A stretch of 64,000 nucleotides of DNA, from assembly GCF_006345805.1 (NCBI RefSeq), contig NC_043021.1, positions 930,001 through 994,000 of the forward strand, given 5' to 3'. Position 1 is the stretch's first letter; each line of letters opens with the position of its first letter. Under the pieces are notes generated by a model. The model was not told the DNA's origin and ran no database searches. It saw only the letters and a program-made list of their open reading frames with translations. Source of the stretch: Octopus sinensis. Its lineage: Eukaryota. The translations under genes and the position numbers were made by a program. This document shows, in pieces, positions 13,886-25,329 of the stretch.

Positions 13886-14754
13886 GCTTTAACTCGGCAA
13901 GGATTTCTTTTCAAAGCGCAATTCTCAATAAGTGGAAGTTCTTTAAAAAAACGTAGATTTCTTTTGTAACTTTTGTTAAAGCACGGTAACACTTCCAATG
14001 ACAATGCGAGACTCGGGATCAATTACGGTCTACGGCTTTTCTTTAGAAACTGTTCATGGTGACGCCATTTGTGCGAACGACAAAGGTTCGTAAATTATAA
14101 AAGAACTTTAAAAAGATGAACTAAAGGCTACTTAGTAGCTTTTAGTCCGTTCTTCTTTAATTGTACTGTCTTGCTGATGCCAGTAATGTTGCTTAATTTT
14201 TGCGTTCACATACATAAGATACGTTATACATACATACATACATACATACACACACACATACATACACACACACATACATACATACATACATACAAACATA
14301 CATACATACATACATACATACATACATACATACATACATACACACACACATAACACACATACATACATGCATGCATATGAATAATGTATGTTGTATGTAT
14401 GTATGTATGTATGTATGTATGTATGTATGTATGTATGTATGTATGTATGTATGTATGTATGTAGGCATGTATGTATGTAGTATGTATGTATGTATGTATG
14501 TATGTATGTATGTATGTATGTGTGTGCATTTGACGCATGCCAAAGCCCTCAGGTGCTGATAATCAACGGATATAGTTACTGACTTTATGGAATCCCGTTT
14601 GTTCAATTAGGAGGCCCCGAAACAGAAACGGAACACTCACAGGAATTCCCGAAGAAGTTATCAACGAACTTCTGCATTTCAATTTCTTTCACACGACTCA
14701 ACCAATCACAGTCATTATTCTTTACTACTCTAGGCTGAAACCCAAAATTTGGTA

Positions 14755-15115
14755 GGAGGGGGCCAATCAATTAGATCTACCTCAGTACGCAACTGGTACT
14801 TAATTTATTGATCCCGAAAGGATGAAAGGCAAAGTTGATCTCGGTGGAATTTGAACTCAGAACATAGCGGCAGAAGAAATACCTATTTCTTTACTACCCA
14901 CAGGGGCTAAACACAGAGGGGACAAACAAGGACAGATAAACGGATTAAGTCGATTACATCGACCCCAGTGCGTAACTGGTACTTATTTATTCGACCCCGA
15001 AAGAATGAAAGGCAAAGTCGACCTCGGCGGTATTTGAACTGAGAACGTTGCGGCAGACGAAATACCGCTAAGAATTTCGCCCGGCGTGCTCGCCGCCTTA
15101 GCCACAATCACTATT
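14755..15115 (-). mobile_element. Two tandem tRNA-derived SINE pieces (copy at 29520-29880)
   Basis: cgaccccgaaaggatgaaaggcaaagtcgacctcggcgg...tttgaactcagaac core occurs twice. The family recurs at ~1760-1840, 40330-40475, 41436-41641 and 52500-52960. Confidence 0.8.
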
Positions 15116-15314
15116 ACAATATTACCGTCGCTTACAGGACGTGATGTCGGTATCTCTTTGACTAACAGTAAAGTCTTTTCATTCACACTGTTTTCTCTCC
15201 TGAACCATCTCATATAACAAGGAACTTTGAGTAGCAATCCTGTGAATTATCAGCTTTAGCGAATAAACTATTTTAAGTTTAGTGCTTTTTTCCCATTTAT
15301 ATAGACCAACGCAT

Positions 15315-15373
<59 letters not shown>

Positions 15374-16813
15374 GTCACAATACACGGATACAACCAATCC
15401 GTTGGTACTCGTGAAAAAAGCTCCTGAATGTATCATTCTACAAAACACATAGAATATATTGTACGATACAAAATAAATACATAAGGAGTGTATAAAATTA
15501 AACTCTATGACAAAATTAAATTTAACTGGGTATTCCTATTTAACAACAATTGTTTCGTAGCTTAATAAACATGTATAAATAATTTATTTATTATATTTTA
15601 TAATAATAAATTACTTAAATTGACTCTCGGCAGCTGGTACTTTGTTCCGAGGCCCGGGAGCGAAGGGGGTTCCACAGTAACCATACAGTATCCACCACCT
15701 TACTTCGAAAACAAGCACTTTCTCCCCCCCCCCCCCATCCCAACATACAATTACATACAAATACACATACATCACTACACTCATCACACCACATTTCTTT
15801 TTATTAGCATTTATTATTAATTATTGCAGGCATATTTGTACAGACACGTGATAACACCAAGAGTATATATCTACCTCCAGCCCGGGGCCCCCAAATAGTC
15901 TTGTAACAACCTTGCAAAATTTCTCTTCTAGTTCTTCGCTATTCTCCTGCGTTCGAGGTTTCCTTCCTTTCCAAAAGACCAACTCCATCGACGCTTCACT
16001 GTTTATATTTTATCCTCTACAATAATAAAAGCGAAATTCTGTCTGTCCATCCGGGACCCCCTCCCTCGTATCTCGGTCTACATAGATATATTATACATTT
16101 TTGCAACTAGGATTGATCCTCGGATTGAAAATCTCTCCTTCATTTGGTTCTTGAACATTCAGCATTGGGATCTGATTTAAAAGCATTTGGGTTACCATTT
16201 CTAGCAGTTAAAACTTGGCTGGTTCACGCCATCTTGTTTGACGTTTGTCAGACGACGTCAGAGATCAAAGGGGAAATAAAAAATTCCTTCGTTTCGATGA
16301 TCTTACGTCGAGATAAGAACTTTGGGACAAACTGACCAACAGATGGAATTCAGCTTGAGACTGAAACAATATAATGATTACATTACAGGATTAATTCTCA
16401 TTCACCCTTAACCTCTGATCAAACACCACCGAGGCACATCAATCATTATAGTATTGCTATTTAGCTCTCTTTACATTTGGGACGCAGGTCCAATTAGCTT
16501 TAAAAGTCCGCACGGATTTTAAGCTTGTCGTTTATAAAAATCTTCTCACATGTTTTCATTACTTTTTGTGTCTATCTTTTTTCTTTCTATTTTCCTTTTT
16601 CTCCGTCTTTCTATTCTTTTTTCCTTTCTTCCATTTTATTCCGCCTCACGCGTAACTTTGAGCTTTTTTCTCTCTCTAAAGCTTTCCTTCTACAAGTGCA
16701 CATGTGTTTCCATCTGTTTGTGAATCAGTAAATGTGATTGTGCACGTGTTTTTCATGTATGTATGTGTTGATTGTATGTATATTTGTATGCATGTATATA
16801 TGGGTTCGAATGT

Positions 16814-17110
16814 ATTGTTTGTTGTTTGTTCCTTCTTGAGCCATGCCTGGCTCATAAGGGCCGGTTTCCCGGTTTCCTTGGCGCATAGGTTCTCCACCTG
16901 GACGGGACGCCGGTCCGTCACAGATGAACTGCAAGATGCAGGAGGAAAGAGTGAGAGAAAGTTGTGGCGAAAGAGTCCGCAGAAATTCGCCATTACCTTC
17001 TGCCGGAGCCGCGTGGAGCTTAGGTGTTTCGCTCATAAACACACACATCGCCCGGTCTGAGATTCGAGCCCGCGATCCCTCGACCGTGAGGCCGCTGCTC
17101 TAACCACTAG
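16814..17110 (-). mobile_element. tRNA-derived SINE with a Meta-domain-like core, flanked by GAATGT target-site duplication
   Basis: Minus-strand head CTAGTGGTTAGAGC...GGCTCGAATCTC (A/B boxes). Core CTGTGACGGACCGGCGTCCCGTCCAGG...GAAACCGGGAAACCGGCC resembles the MetaSINE domain as I recall it. GAATGT at 16808-16813 and 17111-17116; absent from the paralogous sequence at ~37635. Confidence 0.75.
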
Positions 17111-18044
17111 GAATGTATGTGTGTGTGTGTCCCTGTTCTGTTTGTACGCCCATGATTGTTCAGTTCGTGTGCTTCTTTGTCTGCAATCTCCCGACCTCCC
17201 ACTTGTCCTCCCCTTGCAGTAATTCCTCCCACTACCCCCCATCTTCACCTCTTCACCTTCGTCGCCTCAATTATCCATTCCCGTCTCTCTTTTACTCCCA
17301 TAACCACCAATACCAAAACCCCGCTCCAACTACCATTGTCCACCTCCCCACTGACACTAACCACTCCTCAATCACCGTTCATCATGCATCACCATTACTA
17401 TTAGCATCTATCAACACCTCCTCGCCAACTCCACCACATTTTATACCGTATTCACGCCCCCATCTTTATCGCCACCTCCTGCCATTTGTCTATCCACCGA
17501 TTATCTGCCAATATATTTATCCTTAAGCCTAATTCGCTATTTAATCAGTTGGACCACATCAATTTCTCCAGTCTCTGGGGAAGCGTGAGGCCGAAACAAC
17601 CCACATCGTAGACACGCTAGTAAATGCCTTATGAAATGCCAAACGACCCGATACGGAGAGCAAATCTTTGGTCTCGGCTTTCCCCACCGAATAAATCACC
17701 GCCCCTTCCAACATAGACAATCAAAGAAAAACCGTCCACTTTTTGTGAGCTCTCTCCATTTTCGATAGTTTCGAACACCTGCTCCCATTTTCCCGCCAAA
17801 CTATTTAAAATTTTATCCATGACTTTTGCCAACCGAATTGAATTTTTAATTTCTAATTTTCAATTTCCAAATCTTTTAACTTACATGTAAAGATGCAAAT
17901 TGATGAAGGCATTGCAACGCCAACGCATTCATCATTTTAATACCAACATTATTATTATTTAATGAAGTTTATTCAATAATTTCATTATTCAAGCTTCTTC
18001 CTTTTCCTCTCACAATATTTTTATATTATTTTTTTTTTCATTTT

Positions 18045-18404
18045 CATCTAGTTTCAGCTTATGAGCTGTGGCCATGCTGGGGCACCGCCATTCGGTGTTG
18101 CTACATGATTTTACTTCACGAATGCTTTTTAGCAATTGCCATTTGGTGCATGAGAGAGTTCGATGCAGCTGCCCTCATCTGCACCTACTACCGTGAAGTT
18201 GGTTCATCTGGGACACCTGACAGGAAGAGGTCCAACTTTATTTTAAAGACATCTGCATCCACCCCATGCAGGTCTCTCAGGTCCTTCAGGAGGATATTGA
18301 AGAGCTGTGGACCTCTGAGTCTCAATTTTCTTATAATATTTACCACACTCTTTTGTACTTTATAAATTTGATGTATTTTTTCACCCCAAAGAGCAGCATC
18401 CCAC
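18045..18404 (-). mobile_element. CR1/L2-group LINE 3' end
   Basis: Minus strand PQLFNILLKDLRDL...VFKIKLDLFLSGVPDEP...RAAASNSLMHQ, followed by a ggcggtgccccagcatggccacagc tail. Confidence 0.65.
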
Positions 18405-18552
18405 TGTATGATATCACCTAAAATGTTCTATTTTAATTAATTTATGTATGATATCACCTAAAATGTTCTATTTTAATTAATTTATGTATGATATCACCTA
18501 AAAATTAATTAATGTATGATATCACCTAAAATGTTCTATTTTAATTAATTTA
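18405..18552. repeat. 40-bp tandem repeat, 3.7 copies
   Basis: tgtatgatatcacctaaaatgttctattttaattaattta at 18405, 18445, 18485 (truncated) and 18513. Confidence 0.9.
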
Positions 18553-18554
18553 AT

Positions 18555-19076
18555 TTATTGATTTCTGTATGTATAATTGTTGTACAAATGCTTGTATATA
18601 TAAGTAAACACGCAAATGTATTCGCTGCTCTTATCTATTTGAAATTTGATGTAATTAGTTCTCTGAGCTTGTTCCCGGATGCTGCGTATCAATTCCTTAG
18701 AGGCTCCTTTCAGATCACTTTTTCTGAGCAATCTCCAAGTGTTGTCTTTCTCTTCAATTTCTCTGAAGTATTGCTCATGCAGTGATTTCATTTTCAAATT
18801 GTTTATTCTTTCTTCTTCATCTTGTTTCTTATATGTTATTGGGTACATCACATTTTCTGTAGGTATTGTATTGTTAATTCTTGCAGCGGCAAGCAAGTAT
18901 TCACTCTGTTGTTTGATGTACCATCCCAGACTGTTCTTCGCGATGACAACCCAGATCTTTTTCCTATGCTCTTGCTTTGTTACATAGTCTCTGTTCAGTA
19001 ATTTCAAACATTTCCGTTGCCTTCCATTCACTATGCATTCGTTTTCCCTACCCTCTGACATACACACCATTCGCAT
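18555..19076 (-). mobile_element. R4/Dong-type LINE internal remnant
   Basis: KSLHEQYFREIE...WRLLRKSDLK...ELIRSIREQAQRTNYIK matches the post-RT region of the other R4 copies (KPLHGKYW...AAQDQSLPTRNY). Confidence 0.7.
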
Positions 19077-19740
19077 CCACTGGTGTGCTCCGGTCGTAAC
19101 TCTCCATAACCATCATGTTTACTTGTATACTCCACTTATGTCTTGTAGCATGGGTAGCAGTTACTGAACTACAACTGGGCCCACCCTACTGCACAGTGGA
19201 GCACCTGCCGGGTGCGACACCTTCACCATTGGTTCCAGTCCCATTCACACCGTTACCCTCATCTATTTTGCTTGGCAGTTTCACTCACAAATGAGGTGTG
19301 CTTTTAGTTTACTACCAACCGGTATTTTTATCGAGACACCACCTCTATCAAGATAGTCCGACAAGGCGGCAGGGGCCTTGTTCCCCAGGTTTTGAATTCA
19401 GAGTATTGCTTCTCCTAAGTTGCTTGCCATCCCAGGCTGACAAGTACAGCCCACCCGGAGCACTTTGAGGGCACCAAACACTCGCCCTTTCCCACTTTTC
19501 TCCTGTTGGTTTAGCGAAGGAGTCGGGTATGACTCTCAGAGGGAAAGTCTTACGCAGGCCATTGAGGCATTTTATAAGTGATGGACGTTCAACTCTCTTC
19601 ACTACCCCGGTATTGATGGAAAGGAAAAAAAACTGTTTGAATTGGTCTGTGAAAGTGTGATTTCGGTTGAAGAATTTTGCGGTGTCAATAAGTAATCTTC
19701 AAAAGTAGTGAAGAAAGTCAGTAATCTATTATTATTATCA

Positions 19741-20810
19741 TTCAGTAGTTTTATTTTTATAGCGTGCTTTCACTTCACTACCGAGCGCAGCTCTGTGTGC
19801 CTTGGGTATGTGCTGTGATTTGTTGTGATGCTCTGATGGTTATTGTATGGAAAGTGTTCTACGTAGGATGTGTGCAGTGCCTAGTAGTGCAATTTTCTGT
19901 ATGTTATATGTGTTTGTAAGTCCTGGTGTTTTTGTTATGTATTTGTCTGAATATTTTTTTATCATACCTAATGCACCTACTATGATAGGAAATGTTTCTG
20001 ATTTTAGATTCCACATTCTGGTTACCTCTATTTCCAGGTCTTTGTATTTTGAAAGTTTCTCCATTTCTTTTAGAGACACGTTGTCATCTGCCGGTATTGA
20101 TACATCAATTAGAAAGCATTTTTTTCTTCATGATCTCTGACAACTATATCTGGTCTGTTGGCCTTAATTTCTCTATCTGTGTGTATCGGCATATCCCAGA
20201 GTATGGTTGCTTTCTCGTTTTCTGTGACCTTTTCTGGTATGTGCCTATACCATCTTTTTTCTGTTGTTATTCCATAATGTTGGCATAGCTTCCAGTATAT
20301 GTAGGTTCCAACTCTGTCATGTCTGTGAATATGTTCCTTCTTAGCCAGGACTGGGCAGCCAGAGATAATATGATTTATTGTTTCTTGTCCATCTCCACAT
20401 ATTCTGCAGTTACTTGTTATATTTCTTTTCATTACATGTTTTTGGTAATTTCTAGTGGGGAGGCTTTGGTCTTGTGCTGCAATTAAAAATCCCTCTATCT
20501 CTGCTTTGAGTCCTGAGCTTCTCAACCATTGCTGGGATTTTTCTTTGTCTATTTCTTTTGCGTTTAGTTTAGTCCAGTATTTACCATGAAGGGGCTTTTC
20601 TTGCCATCGTTTTATCATGGTTCGTTGTTGTTCTAGTTTTAGTTGGATTTCATTTGTTTTATAGCTTTTGTTGTTCTTCTTCTTCTTCTTCTTCTTCTTC
20701 TTCTTCTTCTCTTCTTCTTCTTCTTCTTCTCTTCTTCTTCTTCATATTTATTAGGTGGTATGATTTCTTGTTTGTGTTTGTCAGCTTCCTTAAATACTGA
20801 AAACAGTTTT
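19741..20810 (-). mobile_element. R4/Dong-type LINE, 5'-truncated copy 1 (CCHC zinc knuckle + restriction-like endonuclease)
   Basis: CRICGDGQETINHIISGC, RPDIVV, KYKDLEIEV, PIIVGALG. Flanked by TAA runs on both sides. Confidence 0.9.
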
Positions 20811-20829
20811 TATTATTATTATTATTATT

Positions 20830-21340
20830 GAGTGAGCGAGCAGAGCATGCCATCAAAGTGACACTGGGGTAAAATATACGAAGCCCAGTATACCCATCAT
20901 GACTACCCGTCTGATAAGGGTACACCAGGCACATGCATCACAACCATATGTGCGCGACATGGTGATCTCATATCAAGATAAACAGCACATGACATTGCAG
21001 GTGGAGCCCAGTTAGAATTTTCTTCAGATCGAGTAACCCATCCCGCTCAAAAGGTGCCTGAATAAGGGTTGTTTAAGGACGTTGAACGAAACACCCATGT
21101 TTCCAGAGGTAAATTATTCAAACCCCAAAGAATCCTTCTCAACACATAGCTATGATGCTCCCCCACTACTTCTGCTCGTGATCAGAGATGCACATATCGT
21201 CAGCCACTAAGGGACATGCTCAACTGGTTAAGGTCAAACAACTGACAAGCAAATCTGTGGTATTGAGCAGAATATTTGCTGTAGCCCATCTTTTATACCA
21301 AGACAAAACAATGTACATGATAACACTTCCAATCAGTTAT
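20830..21340. mobile_element. ~510-bp non-coding interspersed repeat inserted in a (TAA)n tract
   Basis: Discrete GC-richer block bounded by TTA/TCA microsatellite on both sides, with no coding signature. I recognise it only from memory as an abundant octopus repeat. Confidence 0.5.
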
Positions 21341-21341
21341 T

Positions 21342-21391
<50 letters not shown>

Positions 21392-21407
21392 TATTATTAT
21401 TATTATC

Positions 21408-21566
<159 letters not shown>

Positions 21567-21582
21567 ATTGTTGTTGTTGTTA

Positions 21583-23508
21583 TTCAGTAGTTTTATTTTT
21601 ATAGCGTGTTTTCACTTCACTACCGAGCGCAGCTCTGTGTGCCTTGGGTATGTGCTGTGATTTGTTGTGATGCTCTGATGGTTATTGTATGGAAAGTGTT
21701 CTGTGTAGGATGTGTGCAGTGCCTAGTAGTGCAATTTTCTGTTTGTTATATGTGTTTGTAAGTCCTGGTGTTTTTGTCGTGTATTTGTCTGAATATTTTT
21801 TATCATGCCTAATGCACCTACTATGATAGGAATTGTTTCTGTTTTCAGATTCCACATTCTAGTTACCTCTATTTCCAGGTCTTTGTATTTTGAGAGTTTC
21901 TCCATTTCTTTTAGAGACACGTTGTCATCTGCCGGTATTGATACATCAATTAGAAAGCATTTTTTTCTTCATGATCTCTGACAACTATATCTGGTCTGTT
22001 GGCCTTAATTTCTCTATCTGTGTGTATCGGCATATCCCAGAGTATGGTTGCTTTCTCGTTTTCTGTGACCTTTTCTGGTGTGTGCCTATACCATCTTTTT
22101 TCTGTTGTTATTCCATAATGTTGGCATAGCTTCCAGTATATGTAGGTTCCAACTCTGTCATGTCTGTGAATATGTTCCTTCATAGCCAGGACTGGGCAGC
22201 CAGAGATAATATGATTTATTGTTTCTTGTCCATCTCCACATATTCTGCAGTTACTTGTAGTATTTCTTTTCATTACATGTTTTTGGTAATTTCTAGTGGG
22301 GAGGCTTTGGTCTTGTGCTGCAATTAAATATCCCTCTGTCTCTGCTTTGAGTCCTGAGCTTCTCAACCATTGCTGGGATTTTTCTTTGTCTATTTCTTTT
22401 GCGTTTAGTTTAGTCCAGTATTTACCATGAAGGGGCTTTTCTTGCCATCGTTTTATCATGGTTCGTTGTTGTTCTAGTTTTAGTTTGGATTTCATTTGTT
22501 TTATAGCTTTTGTTGTTTCTTCTTCTTCTTCTTCTTCTTCTTCTTCTTCTTCTTCTTCTTCTTCTTCTTCTTCTTCTTCTTCTTCTTCTTCATATTTATT
22601 AGGTGGTATGATTTCTTGTTTGTGTTTGTCAGCTTCCTTAAATACTGAGAACAGTTTTTTGTTTTGCTCGTGTTTTGCCGCTATTTGTATCAGTTTTCCT
22701 TCCTTCTGAAGTAGGTATTTTTGCAGTCCTATGGTGGTTATTTTATAGTAGTTTTCCAGCTGTATAAGGCCTCCACCACCTTCTATACGTTGTATATATA
22801 GTCTTTCTATGTCAGATTTTGGGTGATGCATCCTAGATCCTGTCATTATTTTTCTTGTTTTCCTATCTATTTTGGTAAGTTCATTTAGTGTCCAGTTAAG
22901 GATATTGTAGCTATAACTTATAACTGGGACAGCTAAAGTGTTAATACCTATTATCTTGTTTTTAGCATTGAGCTCTGTTTTTAGTATTGATCTAACTCGT
23001 CTATAATATTCTTTTTTATATTTTCTCTTTCATTTGTGTGTGTTGTGTCTTATCTAGTTCATGGATTCCTAAGTATTTGTAAGTTTGACTTTGGTCTAAT
23101 TCTTTTATTTCATTGGTTTTATCTAGTGTGATGATGCTACTCTTAACTAGTTTTCCTCTTTTCAGGGTTACTTTGGCGCATTTTTCTAATCCAAATTTCA
23201 TATCTATTTCTTTGGTAAATCCATGAACTGTCTTTAATAATGTTTCCAGCTGTTTGTCATTTGCAGCGTATAGTTTTAGGTCATCCATATATAAAAGGTG
23301 GCTGATCGTTTTGCCGTAACATTTATATCCGCATCCAGTTCTATTTAGCATATCAGATAGAGGTGACAGTGCCAAGTAGAAAAGGAGTGGAGAGAGCGTG
23401 TCTCCCTGGAATATTCCTCTTCTAATGGGGATGGCTTTGGTTTTCCTGAGTCCCTCTTTTTTTTGGAGCTGTTGCACTGTTTGCCATTTATTCATAGAGT
23501 GTCCTATG

Positions 23509-23510
<2 letters not shown>
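21583..23510 (-). mobile_element. R4/Dong-type LINE, 5'-truncated copy 2 (RT + zinc knuckle + RLE), ~97% identical to copy 1
   Basis: RGIFQGDTLSPLLF...HLLYMDDLKLY (RT), GGGGLI, CCHC knuckle and RPD endonuclease; few frameshifts; flanked by TAA/CAA runs. Confidence 0.92.
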
Positions 23511-23541
<31 letters not shown>

Positions 23542-23549
23542 CATTATTA

Positions 23550-23614
<65 letters not shown>

Positions 23615-24483
23615 TACATTTAATCTGCTTGTTTGTTATAATCACATGCCGAGACACACCCAGTGTCCTAGGGCGAATGAAGGATAAGAGATGTTACAGT
23701 ATGATTGAAAGCTCGGGGTGGGGAAGTGATGGGGGCAGTGGCGAAATATTCTCATGTAATATAACATAGACATTTAAATTGATAGGATTTTTTTCAGAAT
23801 CTGGGCAGTATTTGTCAGTACAATCTTTTGGATTTCTCTGAGAGAAGATTCTCCTGGGATATTGTTTAGATGTTTTTGATCCCTTTCTTATCACACCTAG
23901 GGCACGCACAATAACAGGAACAGTTCTCGCTATAAGATTCCACATATTTTGCATTTCAATTTCCAGGTCCTTATATTTACTAAACTTCTCAAATACCTTT
24001 ACAGATATATTTTTATCAGTGGGAACACTTACATCTATTAGTCTACAAGTATTTTCTTTCCTGTCTTTAATGATTATGTCTGGTCAATTGGCCTGGATTG
24101 TTCTGTCGGTGTTGACTGGAAAATCTCAGGGGATAGTGACATTTTTACCTTCAACGACTGGCTCAGGATGATGTGCATACCTGTAGCAGGAGTGTTGATT
24201 TTGTAGTGTTTGCATATATTTCAATGTAAATACTGTCCTACCTTATCGTGGTAATTTTTGTATTCGTTTGGTGTCAGCACAGTACATCCCGAGACGAGAT
24301 GGTCTTTTGTTTCACCAAATGTGTTGCAGAATTTGCATTTAGGGTCAGAACCGTTTTGAAAAACGTTAGCTTGGTAGTTTTTTGGCAAGCAAATTTTGGT
24401 CTTGTGCCGCTAATATGAAATCTTTAGTCTCTGCTTTCAGTCCTGAGCTTCTCAGCCACTGATGGGTTGTACCTTGGTCTACA
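23615..24483 (-). mobile_element. Divergent, decayed R4/Dong-type LINE 3' fragment
   Basis: HQWLRSSGLKAETKDFILAAQDQ, KYKDLEIEMQNMWNL...VPVIVRALG. The 3' end abuts (TAA)n at 23511-23612. Confidence 0.8.
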
Positions 24484-25065
24484 TCAGTATTTCGGCTTCG
24501 AAGTATATACTGACCGAGCAGAGGGTTCTATATCCACTGTTCCTCAATTTGTTTCTGCTCGTTCGTTTTTGCAGTGTGTGTGTGACTGCATCATTGTCTC
24601 AAAGATGTCTGCAAGTGAGACAAGAAATGTCTTCGAATGAATGTTGAAAGGCGGAAGGACATTGCTGATGACCACCGCCGTTGGAGACTGGAAACAGACG
24701 AGAGGCAGAGATTTGGCCATGAAGAAAAACAAAATCGACAGAACTACTGGACAATGCCTTCAAGAGCAGAAACTGCAGCTGGGACAAGCACACGTGTAAG
24801 ACTCTATGGTTATAGAAGACACTGCTCTGCCAACAAAGACCAAAACAGGACTTTCCAAGTGCAACTCCGTGACATTACGAGCAAGATTATGGAATTCTTC
24901 CGAAATACAAAACAATATTATGAGTAACTCGTTTATCAAGATTCTTAAACATTAATATGGCGGTTTCAAAGACTTTGGTTATATTTTTAAATATTTGCAG
25001 CATACATAGTTGACACTTGAAGCGCAAAAAGCACCTCTCTCTCTCTTTCCTCTCTCTCTCTTTCC

Positions 25066-25098
<33 letters not shown>

Positions 25099-25122
25099 TC
25101 TCACACACACACACACACACAT

Positions 25123-25170
<48 letters not shown>

Positions 25171-25269
25171 CCTCACTAAAACACCAACAACATTTTAATG
25201 CCATCTACTTTAAGATGGAGAATCTCTTTAAAAAGAAGAAAGCTAGAATATTGTTCAGTAAAAATCTAT

Positions 25270-25275
25270 TTTATT
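25270..25275 (-). terminator. Polyadenylation signal AATAAA, protease B
   Basis: Paralogous position to A. Confidence 0.7.
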
Positions 25276-25329
25276 AAAAAATAGTTGAGATGTCAGGTAC
25301 AATGTAGAGTTTCATCGCCTTGCAAGAAT

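Larger units (their letters stand above)
9882..15326 (+). repeat. Segmental duplication, copy 1 (~5.45 kb, contains protease A)
   Basis: Direct near-identical match to 24585-30089; paired ORFs in the six-frame track have identical translations. Confidence 0.95.

Noticed and set aside
17040-17110. tRNA-like sequence with A/B boxes
   Set aside because: It is the 5'-clipped head of a SINE with a TSD and body, not a complete tRNA cloverleaf.
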